From: an uncultured delta proteobacterium
GTDB lineage: Bacteria > Desulfobacterota > Binatia > UBA9968
NCBI GenBank assembly: GCA_963840855.1
Contig: CAWJBB010000040.1
Span: 263,707-327,706, forward strand
Direction: 5' to 3'
DNA length: 64,000 nucleotides
Shown here: piece after piece, positions 46,561-56,854 of the stretch
Layout: every line of letters begins with the position of its first letter
Numbering within the stretch: position 1 is the stretch's first letter
Program-made: the position numbers and the translations under genes
The notes under the pieces: generated by a model
Seen by the model: only the letters and a program-made list of their open reading frames with translations
What the model was told of the DNA's origin: nothing
The model's database searches: none

Positions 46561-47307
46561 ATGAAAAAACTCCTCGTTCTCCAGCATGTCGCCCATGAGC
46601 TTCTCGGGACGTTAAATCCCCTGTTGAAGCAGTCGGGATTCCGCATCCGCTACGTAAACTTCGCGCGCCATCCGGATGCGCAACCGAGCTTGGATGGCTA
46701 CGGCGGCATGGTGATTTTGGGTGGACCGATGAGCGCAAATGATACGCATCAGTTGTCCCACCTGACGAGTGAGATGAAATTGATCGAAGAGGCCATGCGG
46801 AGGGATCTGCCGGTGTTGGGGATCTGCCTGGGCGCTCAATTGGTCGCGAAAACGCTTGGCGCCGACGTTTACCCAAACAATGAAAAAGAAATCGGCTGGT
46901 ATGACGTTTCCCCGACGGACGAGGCGAAAAACGATCCGCTGCTGGCTGAATTTCAAAGGATAGAGAAAATTTTTCAATGGCACGGGGATACATTTGACAT
47001 CCCCAAAAGCGCCGTTCACCTCGCCCTGTCTTCCCTGTGTGCCAATCAGGCTTTTCGGTATGGCGCGAATGTCTATGGCCTTCAATTTCACCTAGAAGTC
47101 GACGAGCCGATGATTCATCGATGGCTTCGGGTCGCCGAAAACAAGAAAGAACTAACCGCCCTCGGCGGGAAGATCGATCCGCAGCGCATCCACCAGGAAA
47201 CACCGGGTCACATGAGGAGACTCCATCAGTTGAGTGAGCGTGTTTTCGGTGAATTCATCAACCTGTTCGGCATCGGCAAGAAGTTTCGACAACTACCCTC
47301 GCGCTGA
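46561..47307 (+). CDS. class I glutamine amidotransferase-like protein
   Basis: GICLGAQ nucleophile elbow, LQFHLE His motif, MKKLLVLQH start. Confidence 0.8.
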   Translation: MKKLLVLQHVAHELLGTLNPLLKQSGFRIRYVNFARHPDAQPSLDGYGGMVILGGPMSANDTHQLSHLTSEMKLIEEAMRRDLPVLGICLGAQLVAKTLGADVYPNNEKEIGWYDVSPTDEAKNDPLLAEFQRIEKIFQWHGDTFDIPKSAVHLALSSLCANQAFRYGANVYGLQFHLEVDEPMIHRWLRVAENKKELTALGGKIDPQRIHQETPGHMRRLHQLSERVFGEFINLFGIGKKFRQLPSR

Positions 47308-47344
47308 CTGGCGCGACGGCGCGTGCGGTTCAACGGCTTCGCCA

Positions 47345-47444
47345 GTTCAAGGTTCAAGGTTCAAAGTTTAACGTCCCCACGTCCCAACCTTGAACCCGGA
47401 ACTTTGAACCGCGCCGAAGGCGCCACATTGGACTTTGAACGCCA
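47345..47444. repeat. inverted arrays of GTTCAAG/CTTGAAC heptamers between convergent genes
   Basis: gttcaaggttcaaggttcaaagtt (47345-47368) faces aaccttgaacccggaactttgaacc (47386-47410). Also a gcgcc-gaa-ggcgc hairpin and another ctttgaac unit. Confidence 0.6.
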
Positions 47445-47463
47445 ACCTGGAATGCGCTACCGA

Positions 47464-48675
47464 TTATCGCCCCGCTATTTGATAGTCCCGCACATGCGGG
47501 AATCTGAAAACCAGCAGCGCGACGATGAGCAGAATCGCCCACCCGCCGCTCATGGTAGCCAGCTCCGCGCCGACGAGGGCGGCCAGCGCTCCCGCTTCGA
47601 ATTGCCCCAGCTGCGGCCCGCAGTTGGTAAAAAGACTGTTTATCGATGACATTCGGCCGCGCAATTCATCGGGTGTCGCGAGCTGATTGATCGTCGACCG
47701 CATGATGGCGCTGATCGTGTCGCCGATGCCTGAAATCGCCAGTAGAAACACGGAAAACCAAAATACCTGAGAGGTTGCGAACAGAACGATCGAAAGCCCA
47801 TAGACCGTCACACCGGCCAGTATCCACGCGCCGGCGCGGCGCGTGCGCCCGATAAAGCTCAAGCCGATGGCTCCGGTCAACGAGCCAAATGCGGATGCCG
47901 CGTAAAGAATCCCCAGCCCCCGGGGACCGACGGAGAGAATATCTTTAGCGTAGATCGGCAACAAAGCCCGCACCGTGCCAAAAATATTGGCGCCGAAATC
48001 CATGACCAGCAGCGGAAAAATCACCGCGTGATTCAACACAAAGCTGAAACCGGCACGAAGGGATTCGAAGGAGACCGCGCGCCGTCCTTCGCCCTCCGGC
48101 AATGGCGTTCTAATCGACAATACCGAGACAAACATGATGAGCCATGAAACGGCGTCGATTGCGTAGCAGATAGCGGGTCCCCACGCCGCTATCATCACGC
48201 CCGCTGCCGCCGGTCCGGCGATCGTCGCGACGTGACGTTGCGAGTTATAGATCGCCAGCGCCGCCGCGAGGTCTTCTCGCGGAACCAGGTTCGAGACAAT
48301 CGAATGGCGCGCCGGCGCTTCCAACGAGCTGAACAACGCCAAAGCGACGGTCGCCGCATACAAGGTCGGCGGCGTTGTCTTTTCAGTGAAGGTCGAGAAC
48401 GCAAGAGCCGCGGAAACCACGAGCAGAATCGACTGCGTGCACAAGATCACCTTGCGGCGATTGAGCGCATCGGCTAGAAGCCCGCCGAAAAGCAGCATGG
48501 CAACCTGCGGCACGCCACGGGCCAATCCCATGAACCCCAGCTGCAGCGGCGAGTTAGTCAGCTCATAGATTTGCCACGCTATCGCCATGGTGGTGAACTG
48601 GCTGCCGACGCTGGACAACAGCAAACCGCCCCAGAAAATACGGTAGTCGCGGTGGCGGAGCGGGGAAAGTAGCAT
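47464..48675 (-). CDS. MFS transporter
   Basis: 12 predicted TM helices and an MFS motif A-like GGLLADALNRRK loop. Confidence 0.85.
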   Translation of the reverse strand: MLLSPLRHRDYRIFWGGLLLSSVGSQFTTMAIAWQIYELTNSPLQLGFMGLARGVPQVAMLLFGGLLADALNRRKVILCTQSILLVVSAALAFSTFTEKTTPPTLYAATVALALFSSLEAPARHSIVSNLVPREDLAAALAIYNSQRHVATIAGPAAAGVMIAAWGPAICYAIDAVSWLIMFVSVLSIRTPLPEGEGRRAVSFESLRAGFSFVLNHAVIFPLLVMDFGANIFGTVRALLPIYAKDILSVGPRGLGILYAASAFGSLTGAIGLSFIGRTRRAGAWILAGVTVYGLSIVLFATSQVFWFSVFLLAISGIGDTISAIMRSTINQLATPDELRGRMSSINSLFTNCGPQLGQFEAGALAALVGAELATMSGGWAILLIVALLVFRFPHVRDYQIAGR

Positions 48676-48713
48676 GAGGCAGTGGGTTCAACGCGATCCG
48701 ACGCAAGGCGTCT

Positions 48714-48753
48714 CGTTCAAGACGTTCAAACCGTTCAAGCCGTTCAAGTCGTT
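48714..48753. repeat. tandem 9-mers CGTTCAANN x4
   Basis: cgttcaagacgttcaaaccgttcaagccgttcaagtcgtt, between the MFS start and the mutM end. Confidence 0.6.
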
Positions 48754-48798
48754 ATCGGAGCGCAACCAGCCTCGCAAACAGACATTTCCGGCGCCTAT

Positions 48799-49620
48799 TC
48801 ACTTTTGGCAGGTCGGGCAATAAAAAGCGCTGCGGTTACCGATGGCGACCCGCTTGATGACGCTCGGACAGAGGCGGCACTTTTCTCCGTCTCTGTCATA
48901 CACCCGCAGATGGTTCTGAAATTCCCCGGATTTGTCATCGGCATCGCGATAATCGGAAAACGACGTGCCGCACCAGCGAATCGCGTCGCCAAGCAGGTCT
49001 GGGATCGCGACCGCAATCCCGTGAACTTGTTTACGCGTCAATCGATGAGCACGTGCGGTCGGTTTGATTCCGGTCAGGGATAGGATTTCATTGGCGTAGA
49101 TGTTGCCCAGGCCGCCAACGATTTGCTGGTCGACCAAGAGATCGCGGATGCGCCGCTCCGAGGCGCGCGTGAAACGAAACAGATATTCGCCGTTTAGCGC
49201 CGGATCGAAGGGGTCCAATCCGACATGGCGCAGCTGCGGTAATTCAAGCAGCCGATCTTTTTTCGCCACTAACGACAAGCCAAAACGGCGCGGATCGTGA
49301 TAGCGCAATTCACCGCCGCCGTCCAAGTCGACGATGATGTGATCGTGTTTCTGGCGCGCCGTATTCGGTGCGACACAAATCAGTTTGCCCGACATGCCGA
49401 GGTGAAAAACCCAAACGTTGTCTCCCGATAGGTTGAGCAAAATATATTTGGCGAGGCGCGAAATCGTATCGACCCGTTTACCGGCCAATGACTTGAGCCC
49501 CTTTTCGTCCACCCGCACGCGCAGGCGCGGCTCCAGGACTCGGACTCGGCGAATCGTTCGGCCCAAAAGGTGCGGCCGCAAGCTGCGGCACACCGTTTCA
49601 ACTTCGGGAAGTTCGGGCAT
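48799..49620 (-). CDS. mutM: formamidopyrimidine-DNA glycosylase
   Basis: MPELPEVETV N-terminus and a C-terminal zinc finger CRLC...CPTC. Confidence 0.92.
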   Translation of the reverse strand: MPELPEVETVCRSLRPHLLGRTIRRVRVLEPRLRVRVDEKGLKSLAGKRVDTISRLAKYILLNLSGDNVWVFHLGMSGKLICVAPNTARQKHDHIIVDLDGGGELRYHDPRRFGLSLVAKKDRLLELPQLRHVGLDPFDPALNGEYLFRFTRASERRIRDLLVDQQIVGGLGNIYANEILSLTGIKPTARAHRLTRKQVHGIAVAIPDLLGDAIRWCGTSFSDYRDADDKSGEFQNHLRVYDRDGEKCRLCPSVIKRVAIGNRSAFYCPTCQK

Positions 49621-49626
49621 GGCTTT

Positions 49627-50493
49627 TTAGCAATCGACTTTCGGCGGCAGCAGTCCAGAATCGTTCAGCGCCCGGGAAAGATTGACAAATTCATCGATGC
49701 TCAGCGTTTCACCGCGTCGTTTCGGGTCGATATCGCGGGTGCGAAGATAACCATCGATATCTTCCCGGCTTTGCCTTAGCCAAGTCTTCATCGTGTTGCC
49801 AAGCGTCTTTCGTCGTTGTCCGAAGGCCGCGCGCAACAAGTCGCGCAAAACCAAGCGCTCTCGCTCGGTCAGTCGCGGCTCCGGCAGCAACTCGATTTTC
49901 AACACCGTCGATCTAACTTTCGGCCGTGGCGAAAATGCCTCCGGCGCCACCGACACTTTATCGACAACCCGCCCGTGAACCTGGCACCAGACCGACAGAG
50001 TCCCATAGGACTTGGTTCCGGGCCGGCTGGCGATTCGGTCGGCCACTTCCTTCTGTACCATCAAAACCAACGAGGAAAAATGCTCCCGCGCTTGGAGCAG
50101 GCGAAAAAACACCTGCGTCGAAATGTTATAAGGCAAATTGGCGGCGAGTTTGACCTTCTTCGCCGGCAGTAAATCGTCCAGGGGCACATTCAATATATCC
50201 CCATGAACTAGACGCAAACGGGAATCGGAACCCAAGGGGCTGCGTTTGATTCTCTCTACCAGCAGATCATCCACCTCGACGGCATAAACCCGATTCGCCA
50301 GCTCAACCAGACGACGAGTCAAAAAACCAAGCCCCGGACCGATCTCCAGCACGTCATCATCAGATCTGAGATCGAGGAGTCGCAGGATCGAATCGATAAC
50401 GCGCTCGTGAATGAGAAAGTTCTGACCAAGCCGCTTCCTCGGCCGGAATTGAGACTCCCGCAGCGCCGCCCGCACTTCTTCATAGAGGGTCAT
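49627..50493 (-). CDS. rsmA: 16S rRNA (adenine1518/1519-N6)-dimethyltransferase
   Basis: RPRKRLGQNFL motif and SAM fold LEIGPGLG. The ORF-track N-terminal extension is just the translated heptamer repeat. Confidence 0.9.
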   Translation of the reverse strand: MTLYEEVRAALRESQFRPRKRLGQNFLIHERVIDSILRLLDLRSDDDVLEIGPGLGFLTRRLVELANRVYAVEVDDLLVERIKRSPLGSDSRLRLVHGDILNVPLDDLLPAKKVKLAANLPYNISTQVFFRLLQAREHFSSLVLMVQKEVADRIASRPGTKSYGTLSVWCQVHGRVVDKVSVAPEAFSPRPKVRSTVLKIELLPEPRLTERERLVLRDLLRAAFGQRRKTLGNTMKTWLRQSREDIDGYLRTRDIDPKRRGETLSIDEFVNLSRALNDSGLLPPKVDC

Positions 50494-50508
50494 CGCGATC
50501 CCTGGAAC

Positions 50509-50532
50509 GATTGAACCTTGAACTTTGAACAA
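50509..50532. repeat. tandem TTGAACY heptamers between tsaD and rsmA
   Basis: gattgaaccttgaactttgaacaa. Confidence 0.5.
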
Positions 50533-50534
50533 AA

Positions 50535-51524
50535 TTAGAGCGTCAGATCGGCGTCGGCGTTAAGACGATAGTCGTCGCGGCGCCCGCGCGTGAGCCACTC
50601 ATAACCGGCCAGAGCGATCATCGCGCCGTTGTCGGTGCAGAACTTCGGCGCGGGAAAAAACGTCTCGATATTATCAGCGCCGGCTTTTTCCTTCATTTTC
50701 GCCCGAAGCCGGCTATTGGCCGCAACACCCCCGGACAGTACGATGCGCTCCACGCCCGTGGCACGGGCCGCCTTGATCGTCGGCTGCACCAACATGTCTA
50801 CCACGGCCTCTTGAAAACTTGCGGCGATGTCCTCCCGACGGCCCGCCTCCGCCGCAGATTTCAGATAGTGCCACACGGCAGTCTTGATGCCACTAAAGCT
50901 GAACTCGTAGCTGTCTTTTTGAAATCGCGCCCGTGGAAAACGGATAGCGGCATGATCGCCGTTTTTCGCCAGTTCGTCGATGATTCGGCCGCCCGGATAA
51001 CCAAGTCCCATCGTTTTCGCCACCTTGTCGAAGGCTTCCCCCGCTGCGTCGTCGCGCGTGCCGCCGAGAAAAAGATATTGGCCGACATCCTTCACACAAT
51101 AAAGCAACGTATGCCCGCCCGACGCCAATAAAGCTATATACGGGAATTGTACCGTTTGCTCCAGTTGAATCGCCAGAAGATGGGCTTCCAAATGATTGAC
51201 GCCCACGTACGGGATGCCCCAGCGAAACGCGAGGCCCTTGGCCAACGAAAGCCCCACCAGTAGCGAGCCGACGAGTCCCGGACCGTAGGTGACGGCGATG
51301 CCACCAATTTCGGGAAACTTGACACCGGCGTTTTGCAGCGCGGCGTCGATGATGGGCAAAATATTCTGGCTATGCTGGCGCGACGCCAGCTCCGGCACCA
51401 CGCCGCCGTAAGGACCATGCACATGGTCTTGCGAGGAGACTACATTGGCGAGAATCTCACGGCCGTCGCGCAAGAGCGCCACGGCTGTATCGTCGCAGGA
51501 AGTTTCAACACCGAGGACCAACAT
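50535..51524 (-). CDS. tsaD: tRNA N6-adenosine threonylcarbamoyltransferase
   Basis: GVETSCDDT and VNHLEAH motifs. Confidence 0.93.
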   Translation of the reverse strand: MLVLGVETSCDDTAVALLRDGREILANVVSSQDHVHGPYGGVVPELASRQHSQNILPIIDAALQNAGVKFPEIGGIAVTYGPGLVGSLLVGLSLAKGLAFRWGIPYVGVNHLEAHLLAIQLEQTVQFPYIALLASGGHTLLYCVKDVGQYLFLGGTRDDAAGEAFDKVAKTMGLGYPGGRIIDELAKNGDHAAIRFPRARFQKDSYEFSFSGIKTAVWHYLKSAAEAGRREDIAASFQEAVVDMLVQPTIKAARATGVERIVLSGGVAANSRLRAKMKEKAGADNIETFFPAPKFCTDNGAMIALAGYEWLTRGRRDDYRLNADADLTL

Positions 51525-51536
51525 GGAAATCTTTTT

Positions 51537-52295
51537 TCAGCGCGGCACAGCGACAGGGTTGCCCGTTGAGCGGGATAGCGCTTCGACCGCCGTGCGGTTG
51601 CCGGGGTTGATGCTTAACGCTCTGCTGAAGCTCGCCTCGGCGCGCTCCGTCATGCCTAGGGCGCGGAAATTTTCGCCCCTGAGCGCGTGCACTTCGGCGA
51701 GCCAGTAAGGCTCAGCTGCCAGACGAGATTCGGTGACATCGAGAAAGTTGAGCGACTCTTTATAACGCCCAAGCTTGTGATGCGCTCTGGCGAGATAGAA
51801 GTAGCCGTAGGGGTTCGTGGAGTCGATGGTGATACTCTGCTCTAATCGCTGCAGCCCTTTGGCGGGGGCTCCGGCATCGATGAGCTTCCTGCCTTCTTCC
51901 GTAAGCCGGAGCGATGCGGCGCGTTGTGGCGGGATGCCAGGAGTGATCTTCGCAAGCAACGAACTGTCATCCGGCAACGGCGGTGGCTGCCCGGGCTGCG
52001 CCGGGATGCCGGTCGGCGCCGGCGCCGCCGGTATATCCTTGAGAACGCGCTTGGTGCTCGTTCCCGTGGTCGGCAGGTTTTGCTCTTTAATCTTGGGGTC
52101 CTCTGGGAACGGCTTGCGAATCGATTCCTGAACTGGCGGCAGCTGGGGCAGAGGAGCGGGGTCCGGCGCGCGGCTGATCGGCGGCGGCGCACGGTATATC
52201 GGACGCGGCGCGCAGCTTTGCGCTGCGCCGACCGAGATTAACAACGCGATTCCCGCCGAAATCTTCCCGGCGTATATGTTTTTAAGCGCACCCAC
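51537..52295 (-). CDS. TPR-repeat protein with signal peptide and Pro-rich linker
   Basis: N-terminal hydrophobic leader, PAPxP-rich region, C-terminal TPR units (YFYLARAHHKLGRYKESL, LAEVHALRGENFRALG). Confidence 0.7.
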   Translation of the reverse strand: MGALKNIYAGKISAGIALLISVGAAQSCAPRPIYRAPPPISRAPDPAPLPQLPPVQESIRKPFPEDPKIKEQNLPTTGTSTKRVLKDIPAAPAPTGIPAQPGQPPPLPDDSSLLAKITPGIPPQRAASLRLTEEGRKLIDAGAPAKGLQRLEQSITIDSTNPYGYFYLARAHHKLGRYKESLNFLDVTESRLAAEPYWLAEVHALRGENFRALGMTERAEASFSRALSINPGNRTAVEALSRSTGNPVAVPR

Positions 52296-52304
52296 CTAAT
52301 TGCA

Positions 52305-54617
52305 TCACCAAAACTTCCAGGTTTGTAAAGGCGTCGAGTGCAACGGACAGGTACCGCGCGGCTCATCGCCTTCCTGGAACGCCTCGCGGATTACATTGGG
52401 ACAGTTCGGCGTCGCCAGCTGACCACTCAATGGATCGATATCCACCATCTTGATACCGGGCGGTGCGATGAAATCGGAGATCGGCATCCCCGCCGTGGCC
52501 TGCTTCATGAACTCCGTCCAGATGGGCAGCGCTGCTTGGGCGCCGGTAAGTCCCAACTTACTCTGGTTGTCGAAACCGACCCAGACAACTGCCAAAAGAT
52601 CCGGCGTGTAGCCTACGAACCAGGCGTCTTTATTATCGTTCGTTGTGCCGGTCTTGCCAGCCGCGGGCCGGGTAAAACCCAACCGCCGCGCGCTTTCTGC
52701 TGTGCCGCGATCAAAAACGCCCTTGAGAAGATGATTGATTGTAAAAGCCGCTTGAGGAGACAGGATCTTTTCCACCCGCACATCGCGCTTCTCGAGCACC
52801 TGCCCGCTTGGATCCATCACCTGTTTGACTGATAGCGGACGCGTCCGCACGCCGTTGTTGGCGAGAGTCGAAAACGCCACCGCAACCTCCAACGGCGTCA
52901 CCTCCACCGCACCCAACGCCAGCGACGGCAATGCCGGCAAAGAAGATTCAATGCCAAGGCGTTGGGCCAAATCGCGCACGCGCTTGATTCCCACGTCCCG
53001 CGCCACCCTGGCGGTGGCGGAGTTCAGCGATTTTTCCAGGGCGCGCCGAAAAGTCGCCGTGCCGAGATATTCGTCATTATAGTTGCCCGGCTTCCACTCT
53101 TGGTTTTCATAGTTCCAGATAAATGGCGAGTCTTCCAGCATAGTCACCGGAGTGAATCTACTGCCGCTTTCGGCGCCAAACATGAGCGCCGCTAAATAGA
53201 CAAAAGGTTTGAATACAGACCCCGGCTGGCGCTTGGCCTGAAAGCCACGGTTGAATTGCGAGATTTGGTAGCTGCGTCCTCCCACCATCGCCTTGATTTC
53301 ACCGGTCTGCGGCCGGATGACGATAATTGCTCCTTCCAATTTATCGCCCTCGCCTTTGCGCCGCAGCGAGGCATAAGTTTCTTCCAGCTTCTTAAGTCCG
53401 TCAGTGAGGGCGCGCTCGGCGATTTTCTGAAGGTACAAGTCTAGACCGCTAAAAATCCGCAGCCCGTCTGTAGTCAACACCGCGTTTGAATAGTTCTCGG
53501 CGAGCTCGCGCCGCAGAAAATCCGCGTAGTACGGCGCGTCATTGGTGACCTTCACCAGCTCGCGTCGGACCACCGGCTCTTTGATCGCCGCGTTGTATTG
53601 CTTGAGAGTAATTACCTTATCGTCCTGGAGCTTCGCCAGCACGACGTTTCGGCGCTTAGTGGCCTCTGCCACGCTGCGATAGGGCGATAAGCGGTTGGGC
53701 GCGCGAATCAAACCGGCCAGTATCGCGATTTCGCCCACCGTAAGCTCCGCCAGTGGCTTGGAGAAATAAAACTTCGCCGCCTCAGAAACGCCGAAGATTC
53801 CCTGGGACCCCTTCTGCCCCATGTAGATCTCGTTGAGATAGTTTTCCAGAATCTCGTTTTTGGAATATTTACTTTCCGCGATGAACGCCATCACCGCTTC
53901 CTTGACTTTGCGGGTAAGCGTACGTTCGTCGCTGAGAAAGAAGTTTTTCATCAACTGTTGGGTCAGCGTGCTGCCGCCTTGCACGACCCCGGCGCTGCGC
54001 AGATTGATCCATGTCGCGCGCAATATCGACACGGGATCGACGCCGTGATGCTGGTAGAAGCGCTCGTCCTCGATGGCAAGAATCGCTTTGATCAATAAAG
54101 GCGGAACTTCCTTGAGCGAAACCACCCGGCGCTCCTGCCAAATATTGTCATAGAGTCCGGTAATAAGTTCCGGTTCCAGCTCCAGGGAAAATATCTCTCC
54201 GCCGTCGACGATGTTTTCGATGCGCGTGATAACCGATCCTTGCAACGCAATGCGGACGGGATGCCCCTTGAAAGCTTCGGTGGGATAAACGAAGTCCTGA
54301 AGATAAATCTCCAAAAGCCCCTGCGACGACTGATAACGGTACTCTCCCTTGCTTTTGGGCGCCCCCTGAACCTCATGGTAACCGAGGCGGCGCAGTTTTT
54401 CTTTTAGCTCCTCGGGACGCAAACTGATACCGACGTAAAGAAGGTAACTATCGGAATAGATTTTCGAGGGCAGGCGCCACTTCTTCCCTTCAAATTTTTC
54501 CGCTACGATTTTCTCCCAGTCTTTGAGATACCATCCGCCGAATACAATCCCGGTGGTGGTAATGACGAGCAGAGTAATGAGGGACGCGCTAAAGATTCTG
54601 AGGTTGGACTTGTTCAA
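52305..54617 (-). CDS. mrcA: bifunctional class A penicillin-binding protein (PBP1A family)
   Basis: GT51 motif EDERFYQHHG. Transpeptidase motifs SVFKP (SxxK) and KTGTT. Confidence 0.92.
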   Translation of the reverse strand: MNKSNLRIFSASLITLLVITTTGIVFGGWYLKDWEKIVAEKFEGKKWRLPSKIYSDSYLLYVGISLRPEELKEKLRRLGYHEVQGAPKSKGEYRYQSSQGLLEIYLQDFVYPTEAFKGHPVRIALQGSVITRIENIVDGGEIFSLELEPELITGLYDNIWQERRVVSLKEVPPLLIKAILAIEDERFYQHHGVDPVSILRATWINLRSAGVVQGGSTLTQQLMKNFFLSDERTLTRKVKEAVMAFIAESKYSKNEILENYLNEIYMGQKGSQGIFGVSEAAKFYFSKPLAELTVGEIAILAGLIRAPNRLSPYRSVAEATKRRNVVLAKLQDDKVITLKQYNAAIKEPVVRRELVKVTNDAPYYADFLRRELAENYSNAVLTTDGLRIFSGLDLYLQKIAERALTDGLKKLEETYASLRRKGEGDKLEGAIIVIRPQTGEIKAMVGGRSYQISQFNRGFQAKRQPGSVFKPFVYLAALMFGAESGSRFTPVTMLEDSPFIWNYENQEWKPGNYNDEYLGTATFRRALEKSLNSATARVARDVGIKRVRDLAQRLGIESSLPALPSLALGAVEVTPLEVAVAFSTLANNGVRTRPLSVKQVMDPSGQVLEKRDVRVEKILSPQAAFTINHLLKGVFDRGTAESARRLGFTRPAAGKTGTTNDNKDAWFVGYTPDLLAVVWVGFDNQSKLGLTGAQAALPIWTEFMKQATAGMPISDFIAPPGIKMVDIDPLSGQLATPNCPNVIREAFQEGDEPRGTCPLHSTPLQTWKFW

Positions 54618-54726
54618 ACCAGAGTCTCCGCAACAGCCTTAATAATCACGCAGATTCCGGCTAAAAGCAACGCGCGCGCTCGGCCACAGCGCGGCCCGGC
54701 GCGATGTCGTGAAAGAAATGAAATGA

Positions 54727-56214
54727 TCAGCGCTGTGGTTTGAGCGCTAGAAAAAGCGTGCTTTCGCCGCGCCGCACCAAAAACAATACTCCGCGGCCTT
54801 TGCGGCTGCCGGCAATCGCATTGCGGTACTCCTCGACACCGCGCACCGGTTTACGGTCCACTTCCACGATCACGTCGCCGCGACGTACGCCCGCCTCATC
54901 GGCGGCGCTTCCCGGCTCCACGGCGGTCACCACCACGCCATCGGTTTTGTCCAGACCCAGGTTTTCGGCAAGCTGCGGCGTAAGCTTCTGCACCGTCATG
55001 CCGAGCTCGCCTTTTTCCGGCACGGAAGCCACCACTTCTTCGTCCTTCAACTCGCCCACCGCCACGTTAAGCATGACCTCTTTTTTGTCGCGCAGCACTT
55101 TCATGCGTATTTTCTTATCCACCGCCGTGCGCGCCACGATGATCGGCAAATCGCCCGAGTCTTTCACTTCTTTGCCGTCAAATTCCACGATGACGTCGCC
55201 GACCTTGACGCCGGCTTTATCCGCTGGACCGTCTTTGGAAACGTTGGCGACTAGAGCGCCATAGCTGCGGTCCATGCCCAAGCTTTCGGCGATTTCCGGA
55301 GTGACTTTCTGGATCAGCACGCCGAGATAGCCGCGCGTAACTTTGCCTTTGCCGCGCAGTTGCGGCAACAGTTCTTTCGCCAAATTGATCGGGATCGCGA
55401 AACCGATGCCCATATTGCCGCCGGTGCGGCTAAAAATCGCGGTATTGATGCCGATGACTTCGCCGCGCAAATTGATCAGCGGCCCGCCGGAATTACCGGG
55501 ATTGATCGAGGCGTCGGTCTGAATAAAATTGTCGTATGGCCCCTGGCCGATATGCCGGCCTTTGGCGCTCACGATTCCCGATGTAACGGTGCTGTCTAAA
55601 CCAAAGGGATTGCCGATGGCGACCACCCACTCGCCGACATCCAGGTGATCGGAATCGCCCAAGCTCGCCGTCGTAAGCGCGACTTTCGCGTTGATTTTGA
55701 TGATAGCGATATCGGTTTTGGCGTCTCGACCCACGACCTTAGCTTCATATTCCTGATCGTCGGACAATTTCACGACGATCTTCTGGGCGTTTTCGACGAC
55801 ATGATTGTTAGTCAGGATAGACCCGTCGGCATCGATAATGAATCCTGAACCGAGGCTGCGCTGCCGCTGCGGGCCGCCGCGCGGCATGGGGCCGCCGAAG
55901 AAGCGCCGCCAAAAATCATTGAACGGATCGTCATCGCCGAAAGGGCTGCCAAATTCCTGCTGCCCGCGCGACTCGCTGACCTGAGTCGTTGAAATGTTGA
56001 CTACCACCGGCTTCATTCTCTTGGCAAGCGCGACAAAATCCGGCAACGCATTGCCCGTGCGGCCCTCAGGAGCGCTCTCACCGATCAGCGCGCGGCTGGG
56101 CGACAACCAGTCGAGACTACCGCTGATGCCGAGACCGACGACCAGGGATATCAGGGCCACCAACGCGGCGCCCTTAAGACTCACGTTGCCGCTCCAGGGT
56201 TTTTTCTCGTTCAT
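54727..56214 (-). CDS. degP: DegP/HtrA (Do-family) periplasmic serine endoprotease with two PDZ domains
   Basis: TNNHV, D-x-A and GNSGGPL catalytic triad contexts. Confidence 0.9.
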   Translation of the reverse strand: MNEKKPWSGNVSLKGAALVALISLVVGLGISGSLDWLSPSRALIGESAPEGRTGNALPDFVALAKRMKPVVVNISTTQVSESRGQQEFGSPFGDDDPFNDFWRRFFGGPMPRGGPQRQRSLGSGFIIDADGSILTNNHVVENAQKIVVKLSDDQEYEAKVVGRDAKTDIAIIKINAKVALTTASLGDSDHLDVGEWVVAIGNPFGLDSTVTSGIVSAKGRHIGQGPYDNFIQTDASINPGNSGGPLINLRGEVIGINTAIFSRTGGNMGIGFAIPINLAKELLPQLRGKGKVTRGYLGVLIQKVTPEIAESLGMDRSYGALVANVSKDGPADKAGVKVGDVIVEFDGKEVKDSGDLPIIVARTAVDKKIRMKVLRDKKEVMLNVAVGELKDEEVVASVPEKGELGMTVQKLTPQLAENLGLDKTDGVVVTAVEPGSAADEAGVRRGDVIVEVDRKPVRGVEEYRNAIAGSRKGRGVLFLVRRGESTLFLALKPQR

Positions 56215-56222
56215 CGACTTTC

Positions 56223-56657
56223 CTATTTCTTCTTTACAGCCTCGACGTACTTCATGCGCAGGTCGAAAAGAATATCTTCCGTCAATCTTTCTTCTCCGGC
56301 GTTCAAATTACCTTGGGTCTTGTCTTTTAGCATCCCGATGATGTCGATCATCTGCTTGGCCACCGGAATATCTTTGTTATCTTTACCGCTCAGTGGGTCG
56401 GCGATCTCGCCCAAATGCATTAACGCTTGCGTGCTCAGGCTGATGATGAACGTGGAAAAATTGATCGCGGGCAACGGCTCCTGGGACTGCGGCGCATCGT
56501 GTTCAGCCTCCGGTTGACCCGGGGCGGATTCAACCCGTGTCGTATCACGGTTCTCCTGGGAATCTTCGCGGGCTTCACCCGTCTCTGGCGAGAACCGCCG
56601 CCGGTCTTGGACCGTAAATCCTTTTCCCGTTTCCTCTTCACTGGCCATATGCGACAC
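56223..56657 (-). CDS. DUF1844-like protein
   Basis: Acidic N-terminus, then INFSTFIISLSTQALMHLGEI, the pattern I associate with DUF1844. Confidence 0.6.
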   Translation of the reverse strand: MSHMASEEETGKGFTVQDRRRFSPETGEAREDSQENRDTTRVESAPGQPEAEHDAPQSQEPLPAINFSTFIISLSTQALMHLGEIADPLSGKDNKDIPVAKQMIDIIGMLKDKTQGNLNAGEERLTEDILFDLRMKYVEAVKKK

Positions 56658-56854
56658 CTCGTTTAGAGAAAAAATGCCTGGAAATGGTTCCCGTCACAAT
56701 TTGTGGCGGATTTCCAGGCATCGTTTAGAGAGCTAGTAGAGATAATTCTAGTCAGCCAATGGTCTGCCACGGAACGACGGATTTTCCCTTAGCTCGCATT
56801 CTCTTTCATCGGATCGGCCTGACTGCTAGATTAAACTCTAATCCCTACCCCCCC

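Noticed and set aside
48714-48753. Possible CRISPR-like periodic repeat.
   Set aside because: The units are only 9 nt and directly abutting, with no spacers, and no cas genes lie in the window.
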